In this document: positions 20,001 to 29,335 of the stretch, piece after piece | How the letters are laid out: each line of letters opens with the position of its first letter | Numbering within the stretch: the stretch's first letter is position 1 | DNA from: Planctomycetota bacterium | GTDB lineage: Bacteria; Planctomycetota; B15-G4 | Assembly (NCBI GenBank): GCA_029245865.1 | Contig: JAQWOM010000043.1 | Span: forward strand, 76,846 to 140,845 | Direction of reading: 5' to 3' | Length of the DNA stretch: 64,000 nucleotides | The notes under the pieces: model-generated | Seen by the model: only the letters and a program-made list of their open reading frames with translations | Databases searched by the model: none | Told to the model about the DNA's origin: nothing | Position numbers and translations under genes: made by a program

Positions 20001-21473
20001 TATATCCACCGTGGCCCGGATCACGATCGACGCAGGCACTCCGTCCAACGGGTGCCCTGGGCTTTGGACGATGAACTCATCGGGGTCGTTCATTCCGTCG
20101 TCGTCTCTGTCGCGCAAGACAGCGAGGGTCCAATCTGCCGGCAACTCAACGCGTCGAAATTCCCAGGCGCGCGGCTCGAACACGCCGGGACTCACCTCTT
20201 CGACAGTCGGAAGCAAAACAGCCTTCTCATCGAAGTCCACAACAGCCTCAAGCGGGACGTCCGTCGTTCCCAGAGCGACTGCCGTGCCCTCCGGATCCAA
20301 GATCAAGTTGCCGTCAAGACCGAGGCCTCCTGCCAAACCAGTTGTGAGCGCACCTTGTGGTGAGGCCCACTCCGCAGAACTCCCTGTAAGGCTCTCTTGA
20401 GCTGTGTTGTCAAAGGGCTCCGTGACAAGGTACGCCAGCGGATCAATGCCACTCACCGTGCTCACAGGCGCAGAGATCAACGGCGAGAAGTCCCCCGACA
20501 AGGAGAGCTTGGAATTGCCGGCCAGGTCTTCAACGCTCGCTTTGACTTCCACCAACAGAAAGGCGTCTGGTGGAAGCGCCACCAGGTCGGATCGCCACCG
20601 AGCGATGGTCAAATCGCCCTGCTGATGCAGGAAGCTCAATGTTGCAGGCGCGATAATGGGCACGAAATCACCATCCCCTGCGGTGTTGAGCAAGATCTGG
20701 ATGGAAGGACTCGAACCGTCCACAGAACTGAACACGGTCTGCGGAATCACAGCATCGTTGAAAATAAAGACGAGGTCGCGAAGCGGGGAGTACGGAACTG
20801 TGAGGACAGAGCCTTCGACCACCTCGGTGGGATTGCTGAAGAACAGCAAACTCTCTTCTGTCAGGTCGGCATCACTGTCCGCATCCACGATATCGCCGAA
20901 CGAAATCCCTGTGGTGTCGTCCACGAAGAATGCACGTACCGTTGGGTATCCCGGCTTTGTATCGAGTGCCTCTGTAGGCGTCCGGAAGAAGTACGACGTG
21001 TCCGCATTCGACATCGACTTCCCGCCCTCGGAAAGAATGCCATTACCCCCCGACGGATCACCAAAAGTGATCTCGTAGAGCGCATCTTCAACAAAACCAA
21101 AGGTGACATTCTGCGAGTTGAACTCAAGCAACGGCCGGATGAAGACGCGCTTACCTTGCACATCAAAGACCGCGGCCGCCTGCAGTCCAGCCGGGGCGCT
21201 CGACAGCCCCGCCGCGTCAGCGACAGTCACGAGCCTGAGGCTGCTGCTCATAACGCTCGCCGGATCCACACTCTTGTTGAAGATCAACTCAACCGATTGA
21301 TCCAGGCCTGCGAGCTTTGAGCCGTAGGGGCCCGCGATCACGCCAAAACCCTTCAGGCCGGAGGAGCTTGAACCGCCACCACCACCGCCACCGCCTCCGC
21401 CTCCTCCGCAAGCCGTCAGGAGGGCGATCACGAAGACCGGAAGAAGACGCAGAAAACGTGTCAGAGGTGCCAT
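17085..21473 (-). CDS. Giant acidic lipoprotein 1: poly-Gly tether, Ig-like (SbsA/Big_5-like) domains, Gly-rich core, propeller-like C-terminal region
   Basis: Lipobox LTAC followed by 12 Gly; FNKSVDPASV and VEDLAGN Ig-like motifs; repeated GGGGG-GG-I-L motifs; start set at MAPLTRF. Confidence 0.75.
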   Translation of the reverse strand: MAPLTRFLRLLPVFVIALLTACGGGGGGGGGGGGSSSSGLKGFGVIAGPYGSKLAGLDQSVELIFNKSVDPASVMSSSLRLVTVADAAGLSSAPAGLQAAAVFDVQGKRVFIRPLLEFNSQNVTFGFVEDALYEITFGDPSGGNGILSEGGKSMSNADTSYFFRTPTEALDTKPGYPTVRAFFVDDTTGISFGDIVDADSDADLTEESLLFFSNPTEVVEGSVLTVPYSPLRDLVFIFNDAVIPQTVFSSVDGSSPSIQILLNTAGDGDFVPIIAPATLSFLHQQGDLTIARWRSDLVALPPDAFLLVEVKASVEDLAGNSKLSLSGDFSPLISAPVSTVSGIDPLAYLVTEPFDNTAQESLTGSSAEWASPQGALTTGLAGGLGLDGNLILDPEGTAVALGTTDVPLEAVVDFDEKAVLLPTVEEVSPGVFEPRAWEFRRVELPADWTLAVLRDRDDDGMNDPDEFIVQSPGHPLDGVPASIVIRATVDIDIAGSVLSRGVPGEILPVPVNASDPLYADYLGQGGLGGQSLVSAGAGGDGGDVLLAVDTSADGSVDTVLLDLVSPSVPMSGTAFETADPRMRGATGRSVSLTSSLLTDENTDLSILTDPGLGLGGDPDLYAQVLAGEILLQPNMGLGTSDQLNAGTKNQLIDENNPVFVVEEVTVVGSVSSIEVDDSQGESMLEVSDNIGTNYAPIAAAGDSYLIGRLQGVPGGDLGGFQRGGVGALPYVVVNDSPAIMTTGGGGGGGGGISGGSTGGSSGPLSDPLEDQRGKGLGGVALDASPGGGGGLGAVRGTGVAVSDTEFDWLTQTSGASLSSLDPTALIGSSLVPNAPNDGWLFEITDFTDPTFTVERIESFEVDVGLTSGPGGFGGPGLSLGSEVSFLLVPPSALGGSGGGGSGVSVTGTLNAATSASTLPLLTPGAGGGSGGGSIELECAKFITVRGSATLSVRGGDGGEIDAPVALYAGGGGGSGGSLILRGGSGFKLFGGALLEAQGGEGGSVEGLGLGGTGGDGWIRFENFSDSLLPSSFFGLTDPVLSAENVGRLVGLPRSVAESRFYNSGLSNPEFESLVVNYSADTDEDGVAETGLSWSYLESGQSGGSGEFLRPPFRFVFNPTKVDINGVLDVAGASPTFYEASDLVSGRAGFVFDATENALLYSIGESTSVIHDLAGSTDLALPDIPSVGGSQLDIVSMAVGGATSELYLLERGAGLVHVFNRGTGLFQRTIRLPSVLEGGMAFVPGAMTEDDRLLIAANRSDLVVSIPTIDPLAGDPFTADFTVLHVDDMFRVQRDAEALDFEFTGLAYDAATQTAWAVDPMARYGAGSSMLIQFSVADGSKGISLDGVHGYARIVDGGVPSVASAVAFDGTTLHVLRATDPDVTIRVAVDPGTVSLVGADLELPNSIVGLPEVARSIADGKTYLRFQLLVDGDFVDPDHGAGAVTFGDVVIDEVELVTRNVSF

Positions 21474-21801
21474 GGGTGAGGGCCTTGCCGAGTCTGGACG
21501 GGGGCGCGACATCATGTATTGCACATTAAGGGGGATCAGTTCTGTCATGCCTGCCAAGCTCCGATTCTGAGGGCGGAGCCAACGGGTAGCTATAGGATGC
21601 CATCTCAAGTCGGACACGTCTCCGTGGGCACCGAGGACTTCCCTCAGTTCACTGCCATTTCCCCATCCTCGGGGGCCTCAGAGGACCTGCCGAGGCCATG
21701 GCTGCCCACCGTGGCCAGAAGGCCGTCCCTCAGGACATTCGACGTCTCCGGCGGCTGGATCTGATACACCGTTCCGATTCCCGCATCTCGGAGCCCCTTG
21801 A

Positions 21802-22587
21802 GTGCCCCCCTCTCCGCCCCCTCTGATCGACACCCACTGCCACCTGGCCTTTTCTGCCTTCGATGAGGACCGCTCGGAAGTGCTGAATCGGGCCCGGGAG
21901 GCCGGACTGGTGAGTTGCGTCGCTGTCGCCGTGGACGCCCAATCGGCCCGCCAGGCCCTTGCCCTGGCCAAGGCCGAGCCGGGGTTTGTGTATGCCACGG
22001 CGGGCATTCACCCCACCGAAGAGGCCGTGGCAGACCCGGCGGAGTTCCCCCTCGTGCGCGAGTTGCTGGAGTCGAAGCAGTTTGTCGCCGTTGGAGAAAC
22101 CGGGCTCGATGCGTATCACGAATGTGCCCCTCTCGACATCCAGCGCGATGCGCTGATTCAACATCTCAACCTGGCCCTTCAGTGCGACCTCCCGGTCGTG
22201 CTGCATTGCCGTGATGCATTTCCGGAACTTCTCGCAGCTCTTGAGAGCTACCGGGGAGAAGGACTGCGCGGCGTCCTTCACTGCTTCACTGGAGGACACT
22301 CAGAGCGCGAGGCGCTGCTCAGCCTCGGCCTGCACATCGGCGTCGGCGGTATTGCAACCTACAAACCGAACTCGGACTTGCGCGAGGTTGTTCGCGAAAT
22401 CCCCGACGAGCGACTGCTGATCGAAACAGATGCCCCTTGGCTTTCACCTGTACCAATGCGTGGCCGGCGCAACGAGCCAGCCTTCGTCGCTCATGTGGCA
22501 TCCAGGCTCTCCGAAGAACGCCAGCAGCCTCTCGCGACACTCGCGAAACAGTGCACCGCAAACGCCCAGGCACTGTTTCGCTTCTAA
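21802..22587 (+). CDS. tatD: TatD family hydrolase
   Basis: IDTHCHL, GIHP, VGETGLD, LHCRDA, LHCFTG, ETDAPWL, NEP. Confidence 0.95.
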   Translation: MPPSPPPLIDTHCHLAFSAFDEDRSEVLNRAREAGLVSCVAVAVDAQSARQALALAKAEPGFVYATAGIHPTEEAVADPAEFPLVRELLESKQFVAVGETGLDAYHECAPLDIQRDALIQHLNLALQCDLPVVLHCRDAFPELLAALESYRGEGLRGVLHCFTGGHSEREALLSLGLHIGVGGIATYKPNSDLREVVREIPDERLLIETDAPWLSPVPMRGRRNEPAFVAHVASRLSEERQQPLATLAKQCTANAQALFRF

Positions 22588-22618
22588 AGTTCCTCGATCG
22601 AAGGTTAGAAGTCGCCCT

Positions 22619-23530
22619 TCAAACAGCGAGCCATGTCATGGCTCTCCAGGCGGCCCCCGGCCAGGCGAGTTCCGTCAAAATCCCAACCGAGAGGAAGGGA
22701 CCAAAGGGCAAGCCAACCGGCCCGCCTCGCCCCGACATCCGGGCTGCGATCTTGAGAAAAATGCCTACCAGCGCTCCGACGAAGCACCCCACGAGGATTG
22801 CCTCAAGAACCAGAATGGGCCCGAGAATGGTTCCAGCAAAGGCCATCCATTTCACATCTCCAAGTCCCATGGCGTCTTGAACACCCGCGGCTTCGATCTG
22901 GCTTCTCAGCATGATGTTGCCCAGCCGCCCGACCAGCCACAGCGAGCCTCCGCCCGCAAGCATCCCCATCAGCGCCACGAGAAGGCTTGAGCCATGAACG
23001 AAGGGCTGTCCACCGATGGGTCCGACTTCGCCGGCAAGAAACAGGACGCCATCGACATGCAACTGGGGAATCAGCAAGGAGGCCAGGAGGCCCAGGGCGA
23101 TTCCGGGCAGCGTGATCACGTCCGGAATGATGAAGTGCTCGAGATCGATGGCACTCACGATGACGCAAAGTGACGCCATCACCCAACCAACCAGAAGAGG
23201 CGTCCAGGCAATCTGCTCTCCATGAATCTCCTGAGCCCAGAAGGCGACGAACAGCGCTCCGGTCAGCAGTTCCACCACAAGATAACGTGCAGAAATCTTG
23301 GTGGAACAATATCGACAGCGCCCCCGAAGGCAGAGCCACGAGAGCAGCGGAACATTGTCAAGCCAGGAGAGTTGCCTCTTGCACGTCGGGCACAAGGAAC
23401 GCGCCGGTTTCCAGAGACTCAAGCCCTCACGTGGCACACGATGAATAACAACGTTCGCAAAGCTCCCGACGGACAAGCCCAGGAACGAAACGAAACACCA
23501 CCCCATCCAGCCCTCAGTCAGGCTCTGCAT
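22619..23530 (-). CDS. pilD: Prepilin peptidase/N-methyltransferase (A24; PilD/GspO)
   Basis: GSFANVVIHRVP, SLCPTC..CRYC zinc motif, IDLEHFIIPD, MGLGDVK, PFGPFL. Confidence 0.93.
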   Translation of the reverse strand: MQSLTEGWMGWCFVSFLGLSVGSFANVVIHRVPREGLSLWKPARSLCPTCKRQLSWLDNVPLLSWLCLRGRCRYCSTKISARYLVVELLTGALFVAFWAQEIHGEQIAWTPLLVGWVMASLCVIVSAIDLEHFIIPDVITLPGIALGLLASLLIPQLHVDGVLFLAGEVGPIGGQPFVHGSSLLVALMGMLAGGGSLWLVGRLGNIMLRSQIEAAGVQDAMGLGDVKWMAFAGTILGPILVLEAILVGCFVGALVGIFLKIAARMSGRGGPVGLPFGPFLSVGILTELAWPGAAWRAMTWLAV

Positions 23531-23540
23531 GCCGGAGATC

Positions 23541-24305
23541 CTATGATTTGGAAAGCGTCACGACGAGTGGTCCTTCGGGCGAACGACCATCGAGCCCCCG
23601 CAAACCGATTCTCTTCCAGATCAACTCGAGCGATCCGGATTCCGGGGGGACGCGGAGAAGGACCTCACTCCGAGAACCCTCCAACGACCAGCGGGTGTCT
23701 GGCAAAACGGGCTTGAGTTGAAGGCCTTCGGCGACAGGGAAGAGTGGGCAACTGGCAGGCGACACGGAGTTGGGCGCAACCACCCCCTCGAAAGAGAGTG
23801 CGATGACACCGTCATACGGAACAGGCCCCTGCTCATGGGGAGATCGCCCGTTGATGGACTTGAGTTCCAGCAGCCCGGCGTAGCTGAGCCTTGGCTCAAG
23901 AGTGACTTCCAGCCAGCGGGCTTCCGCCATGGAAGCACCTGAGTGAGACCGGAGAGCCTGAAGAGACGGCCAGCCAGCAAGCCTGATGAGAAGCTTTCCG
24001 GGAGGGTCTTGAACAAGCGCTTCATCGAGGAGGAGCGTCACCTCGAGTTGAGGACCGCTCAACTTCAACTGGTGGGCCAGGGGAGTTCCCTCATCGGTGA
24101 CCACTCGAACGGCGCCTTCGGTCACAAGTAACAGATCAAGATCTGCCGAAAAATCAATGACCACACTCTCATTCAGTGATCTCGATTCCGTCCAGCCGGT
24201 CACAAAGAGAGGCATCTCATCAACGGCACCACTCCCGCATTGAGGCGTCACGAGCGCCAGGGCACAGAACAAAATCAAACGGGGGAGCCGCCAGTCGAAA
24301 GACAT
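23541..24305 (-). CDS. Exported protein with two Ig-like segments, possible lipoprotein
   Basis: Signal-like N-terminus ..ALVTPQCGSG; LNESVVIDFSADLD and IALSFEGVVAPNSV resemble the Ig-like segments of the giant neighbours. Confidence 0.6.
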   Translation of the reverse strand: MSFDWRLPRLILFCALALVTPQCGSGAVDEMPLFVTGWTESRSLNESVVIDFSADLDLLLVTEGAVRVVTDEGTPLAHQLKLSGPQLEVTLLLDEALVQDPPGKLLIRLAGWPSLQALRSHSGASMAEARWLEVTLEPRLSYAGLLELKSINGRSPHEQGPVPYDGVIALSFEGVVAPNSVSPASCPLFPVAEGLQLKPVLPDTRWSLEGSRSEVLLRVPPESGSLELIWKRIGLRGLDGRSPEGPLVVTLSKS

Positions 24306-24331
24306 GCCGTCCAACAATCGAGGTCGAGTCG

Positions 24332-27300
24332 TCAGTAGCTTGCACGCATGCGAACGTATTCCGCTTGCGGCCGGAAGCTCTCGACCCCGAATGGGAATTC
24401 GGTCAAATTCACGCCGATGTCGAAACGAACTCGAAACCGCACGAGTGGATACCCCGACAGTTCGGTCAAGTCGGACAGCCACGCCGTAGTCGTCTCCTCA
24501 TCCGGGACACTTGATCCGGGACGCACAGCATAAGCACCCTGAAAGCGAACGGACACGGCGGCGTTATCAGAAACTGCGTCGAGTTGCAGAATGCTCTGAT
24601 CTGGTGCATTCACGCGGATATCGTTGTACGGGGCTGTGTTGCCAGGTGACGAAGGGAACAAGCTCGGCGACCCTGTGCTGATCGAGTTTTTCACGTAGTG
24701 GGCAGGCTTGCCCACGACAGCACCGCTCAGAATCATCCGTCCATCGCTTCCTGCTGGGGTCACCTCAGGTGCCGAAGCGTGATGAGTCCCCAGAAAAGCC
24801 TCAAAGAACGGTGGAGTCCGTCCATCCTCATTGCGTGCACGTAAACCCGCTCCCTGGAAGTCCAGCCAGACCGAGGTCCCCACGCTCACTGTCCCGAGGG
24901 GGGGCGGCGTCTTGCTCGGGTGAATCACGGGCAAGCGCGTGACCAGATTGTCCGGATCGAAGACATCTTTACCGTCCAACTCCACTGTCGGAAGCGTTCC
25001 ATCGGGCTCCACCATACGGACGCCAAAGGGAATCGTTTCACCGGCGTGAGTCGTCCCCGGCGTTTTTGGAAATTTGGGATCGGAGGCGGGGTTGTTGATT
25101 TCCTTGAACGTCACCGGGTTGTAGCCGTTGTAGGTCTTCATGACCTTCTCCGGCTCAGGCTCACGCACGAAGGCGACCCCAGGGAATTCCGGCATCTCCA
25201 TCATCGCCGTGTCAAACCAGGTCTGACCAGAGTCTGGGGGATATTCATTGGTCAGCGACGGGAACGACCCATTGGGTCCGCCCTCACTCGGGATGAGTGG
25301 TGGGTAGGCCCCATTCAAGACGTAATAACGATCGAAAAAATTGGTCCCGGGTTGCAGAACGAATGAGCGGTGATGAAGCATGTCGATGTAGCGCAGGTCG
25401 TCCGACAGTTCGTCATCAGGAAAATCGGGGTGATCACCCTGCTTCGCGTTGAGGTCGCCCGTCCAGGTTCCGAGTTTCAGAATGGAGCGCTGCTTTGCGA
25501 AGAGGAAAGCGCCCGGTTGAATCTCGGGGAACCCCGTGCCATCCCCCATCTGCAACTGGATCAGGCCGGCGCCACCCTGCCCTCCGTCACTCCGCGTGTG
25601 ATCAAAAGTAAAAGACTGGAAGTCGATGGTGTTGGCGGGATTTGTCCGAGAGTCACGCCCCATGCCTCCCGACACATCCAGAGAGGCCCCCTGCTTGCCA
25701 TCAACGTCGACATAGGACGCGCTCAGGTGACCTTCGTCTGCCTCGATGCGAATGTTCCCCGCTGCCTGAAGGACGATTGCACCGCCACTGCCGCCACCGC
25801 CACCTCCGCTGAAGGCACTCGTCTGAACCACTTCTCCTCCGCCACCGTGGCCGCCGCTGGCATCGATGTGACCGAGGCGCCCGATGACGATGTCACCAAA
25901 CGAGCGAATCTGGACGGAACCGCCCCCGCCACCACCTCCCCCACCCTTTGCATCCAGGCTAGAGGGAGCCAGAAAGACGCCCACCAGGAGCTTGGGGAAG
26001 AAGGGCGGGGCAAGCGCCGGTGGTACGGGAGCACCGAGGGCATTCAACGACCAACCTGCGTGGCGCATGCTGTCAACGCGCGAGCCACCACCCCCACCAC
26101 CTTGTCCACCAATCAGCACGGGCAGTTCACCACCCGCACCAATGAAATCGTTGGACGTGTCGCCATCGCGGAAAACCGGATCGCCGGCATCCGCACCAGG
26201 CTTGATGCGAGAAATACTGGTTGGATCGGTGTAATCCTCAGACGCCCCCGGCTTGAACGTCATATAGACGCACTGCAGCGGTGTCTTCGGCAACTGCCCC
26301 GAATAGAAGTTCTCGTCATTGCCGTAGACGGCGTCGCTCCGCTTGTTGTTCGTAGGGCATTTCGTAAAGGGGAACCAACTGCCGTTGCTCTGAATCAGAT
26401 AGGCCCCACTTCCTTCACGCGAGGGCTGCCCCACGTGATAGAAACTTCCGCCACCTCCACCAGGTGCCCGATGGTGTTCGGTGTTATCGCTTGGCGGAAT
26501 CTTGGGGATAAACGCGGCCGTAGGATCAAAGCCCACTGTGCTTAACCCCCCATGCCCTCCAATCTGCTGAACCGTCAGCTTTCCGCCAGGAGTGAGAACG
26601 GGGCCGAAGCCACGCTCACCTGTTTCCGGAGTGACGTACTGGTCGAGGGAGGCGGGTCCGTTGGGGTCGAACAACGTCGGCTGGCTGTCACCGCCTCGGC
26701 CACCACCGGGGCCACTTGGCCCTCCACGCACCGCGACAAAACCCGAATCGAAAGAATCGTCACTGAGACCGTCCGTCCCTTTGATCGTCAGGACCCCGTT
26801 GATTTCGACCTTGCGCGTCGCCGTGATCACCAACGGCTTGCTACCCCGAGCGATCACTTGCGCGCCCTCAGGGATGATGAAATCGCGAAATGCGAACTGA
26901 CCGCCATAGATGGTGATGTTCTCTGTGATGCCCGGAGTCGCACCGCTCGGCAATGGGAAAGACTGCGCATCTGTATCCAGGAAGACCGTGTTGAATGTGG
27001 TCAATTCCAGCGACAGATCCCTTTCACCCTTCGTGGAACTTGAACGCGTGTAAGCAAACAGCTCTTCGAAATCGGGCGATCCCCCAGGAAGGAAATCGCC
27101 GAGGTCTACTGTCTCGCTGACACCGACAGAGGCTCGCAAGCCGGGCACAATGGACGAGCCCACAAAGGAGCCCGACCACTCGGCAAGCGGGCTCGTGCCA
27201 ATCGGCGATTCATCCTCGTACTTCCGCTCCTCAAACTCTTCGAGGAATGTGTCGTCAATATAGGCTTCTGGCCCGGCCAGGGGGATCGCTGTGTGCAAAC

Positions 27301-29335
27301 TGAGCAGTCGCGTGGCTCCCAGGGGCGTCACCGTATCTTCGGGGTCTTCATTCACCGCGTTCGTACCGAAGAGTGACATCAGCGTGTTGCGCTGCATCAC
27401 ATCCAACTCGGCATCGATCGGAAGGACGCCCACGGGCCTCAGCTCCAAGACAGCGCCCTCTTCGGCGTTGGACTGAACCACCACATCGACATCGAAGTCC
27501 ATGAAGCCGACGGTCAACGCCCGAGCCGGGCTCAGGTTCTCTGGAAAGCTTGTAAGCGGGTGCCCGAAAGCCGCCACGTCTGAGACAACTGTGCCAAGAA
27601 CGCCCAGGTCGGGGTCGATGACCTGGATGGAATCGAGTGTTCGGTTGAGCGCCAAGATCCGATTCTCGCCGACAAACTGGAGATCGACGTATCGCCCGGA
27701 GAGTTCCAGCGCGACATCGGTTTCCAACCCACTGAAAAGGCCGTCGCCGTCCTCAAATTCCCCGTCAAGTTCGAAGTCAATCGGCGCCAGACGTAAGATC
27801 GAGGTTTGATCAGGATTGCCATTTCGAATGGCGAGGGCATACAGCTTCCCCGAGGGAGCCTGCGCGAGATCGAGGATCTCACCCGCAGATTCCGGTTGCG
27901 GAGCACTCAGAAACCCCGTCTCTCCATCACCCGTGGCCACGCTCACCAGAATCGGGGCCTGGAGGTCTTCCTCGACAGGGTTCGGCCGGCGTCGGATGAC
28001 GGTTGGCAACAGTTCATGAAGACGCCGAGTGCTCCTGTCGTACGCCACAAGTCGGCCGTCCAGAAGCGTCACAAGCCCCACCAGATCTTCGAGCCCTGTC
28101 GTGACAGGTCCTGGCTCACCGCCCTCGTCAGGCGCAACAGCCATCCGTGCGTGAAACGGATCTCCGAGGACAGGGTCCGCCACGGAGAGCAGGTCAGGCC
28201 CTCCATCCACTTTGAGAATCGACCACAGCAGCGACGCGTCCAGACCACACGCCATGCTTCCGATCGTGCCTGTCAGTTCGGGATCAGGGTCGGGCAGTGC
28301 GCCCGAAGTCTCGTTATGAAGAAAGATGTTTGCGCCTGAAGCGTCCGGATCCACGCCCTCGTCAAGCGCCGAGAGAGCCTCGAAGGCCGGATGCACGCCG
28401 AACGTGTCTGCTGGCACGGCGTGCGACACAAGCAGTCCAGTTCCCCGAGCCCGCAAGAAGAACGTCGGATCAAGGAGACCGTCAGCATTGAGATCTAAAC
28501 CCGCCAGGTTGTCACTTGTCGGCACCAAAGCACGGTCGTAGGTCAGTGCGATCTGCTCGGCGCCAAGGGGAAACAGCGATGTCCCCTCGAACTCGAGCGA
28601 GGTCGTCGAAAAGGTCTGCGGGAAGAAGTCCGTCGTGCCATCCGGGGGGACGGCGCCTGCGAGGGCCGGTTTCAATCCATCAGCACCGCTCGTGGGATAA
28701 TAGGCTGCCGAGTTCGAGGTGGTGCCAAACTTCACCGTGCCAGGCACACCTTTCAGATCAGGGTGCAGATTCTGGATACGCGTACTCGGCAAGGTGGAGA
28801 CGGCCACCGTGTAAACCGACGCTGGCAACAAGCCCGGCACGGATTCTGCGGGCGCAGAAAGAACCGGTGAAAGCGGGGCCGTCGGCACGAACGGCCGAAA
28901 CTCCACCGTATTGCCAACGCGCACATAAGTACCCTTGGCAGTGATGACCGGGGTGGTGCCATTGGCCCCCGACTCCGGCCCCACCTCAGCGAGCGTGGTG
29001 TAAACGGGCAGGGAGGCGCTGTTAAACGGCCCCGAAGGTGGACCGCTGAACCGAAACACCAGCGTCAGATTGAGTGGGCCACCAGCCGTTGCTGGCGTCG
29101 AACTCAGATCTTCCATGGGCGGCTGCGTGAACTCCGGATCTGAACCTATCCGGAACGAAAACCCCAGAAAATTGACCAGGTTCGACGTGCCGCCGCCGCC
29201 ACCGCCGCCACCGCCACCACCGCCGCCGCCACACGCCGCGAGTGACAGACAGACAACTCCTAGAGCGAGGCCTCCGAAGACCCGGGCGGTCGATCGCGTC
29301 ACCACACCGGCTCGGCCGTCAATCCAGCTTTTCAT
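24332..29335 (-). CDS. Giant acidic lipoprotein 2: poly-Gly tether, Ig-like domains with a propeller-like insertion, Gly-rich core
   Basis: Lipobox LAAC followed by 14 Gly; VEFRP Ig-like strand; IDASGGHGG..GGGGGGSGGAIVLQ repeats; start set at MKSWID overlapping the upstream gene end. Confidence 0.75.
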   Translation of the reverse strand: MKSWIDGRAGVVTRSTARVFGGLALGVVCLSLAACGGGGGGGGGGGGGGTSNLVNFLGFSFRIGSDPEFTQPPMEDLSSTPATAGGPLNLTLVFRFSGPPSGPFNSASLPVYTTLAEVGPESGANGTTPVITAKGTYVRVGNTVEFRPFVPTAPLSPVLSAPAESVPGLLPASVYTVAVSTLPSTRIQNLHPDLKGVPGTVKFGTTSNSAAYYPTSGADGLKPALAGAVPPDGTTDFFPQTFSTTSLEFEGTSLFPLGAEQIALTYDRALVPTSDNLAGLDLNADGLLDPTFFLRARGTGLLVSHAVPADTFGVHPAFEALSALDEGVDPDASGANIFLHNETSGALPDPDPELTGTIGSMACGLDASLLWSILKVDGGPDLLSVADPVLGDPFHARMAVAPDEGGEPGPVTTGLEDLVGLVTLLDGRLVAYDRSTRRLHELLPTVIRRRPNPVEEDLQAPILVSVATGDGETGFLSAPQPESAGEILDLAQAPSGKLYALAIRNGNPDQTSILRLAPIDFELDGEFEDGDGLFSGLETDVALELSGRYVDLQFVGENRILALNRTLDSIQVIDPDLGVLGTVVSDVAAFGHPLTSFPENLSPARALTVGFMDFDVDVVVQSNAEEGAVLELRPVGVLPIDAELDVMQRNTLMSLFGTNAVNEDPEDTVTPLGATRLLSLHTAIPLAGPEAYIDDTFLEEFEERKYEDESPIGTSPLAEWSGSFVGSSIVPGLRASVGVSETVDLGDFLPGGSPDFEELFAYTRSSSTKGERDLSLELTTFNTVFLDTDAQSFPLPSGATPGITENITIYGGQFAFRDFIIPEGAQVIARGSKPLVITATRKVEINGVLTIKGTDGLSDDSFDSGFVAVRGGPSGPGGGRGGDSQPTLFDPNGPASLDQYVTPETGERGFGPVLTPGGKLTVQQIGGHGGLSTVGFDPTAAFIPKIPPSDNTEHHRAPGGGGGSFYHVGQPSREGSGAYLIQSNGSWFPFTKCPTNNKRSDAVYGNDENFYSGQLPKTPLQCVYMTFKPGASEDYTDPTSISRIKPGADAGDPVFRDGDTSNDFIGAGGELPVLIGGQGGGGGGSRVDSMRHAGWSLNALGAPVPPALAPPFFPKLLVGVFLAPSSLDAKGGGGGGGGGSVQIRSFGDIVIGRLGHIDASGGHGGGGEVVQTSAFSGGGGGGSGGAIVLQAAGNIRIEADEGHLSASYVDVDGKQGASLDVSGGMGRDSRTNPANTIDFQSFTFDHTRSDGGQGGAGLIQLQMGDGTGFPEIQPGAFLFAKQRSILKLGTWTGDLNAKQGDHPDFPDDELSDDLRYIDMLHHRSFVLQPGTNFFDRYYVLNGAYPPLIPSEGGPNGSFPSLTNEYPPDSGQTWFDTAMMEMPEFPGVAFVREPEPEKVMKTYNGYNPVTFKEINNPASDPKFPKTPGTTHAGETIPFGVRMVEPDGTLPTVELDGKDVFDPDNLVTRLPVIHPSKTPPPLGTVSVGTSVWLDFQGAGLRARNEDGRTPPFFEAFLGTHHASAPEVTPAGSDGRMILSGAVVGKPAHYVKNSISTGSPSLFPSSPGNTAPYNDIRVNAPDQSILQLDAVSDNAAVSVRFQGAYAVRPGSSVPDEETTTAWLSDLTELSGYPLVRFRVRFDIGVNLTEFPFGVESFRPQAEYVRMRASY

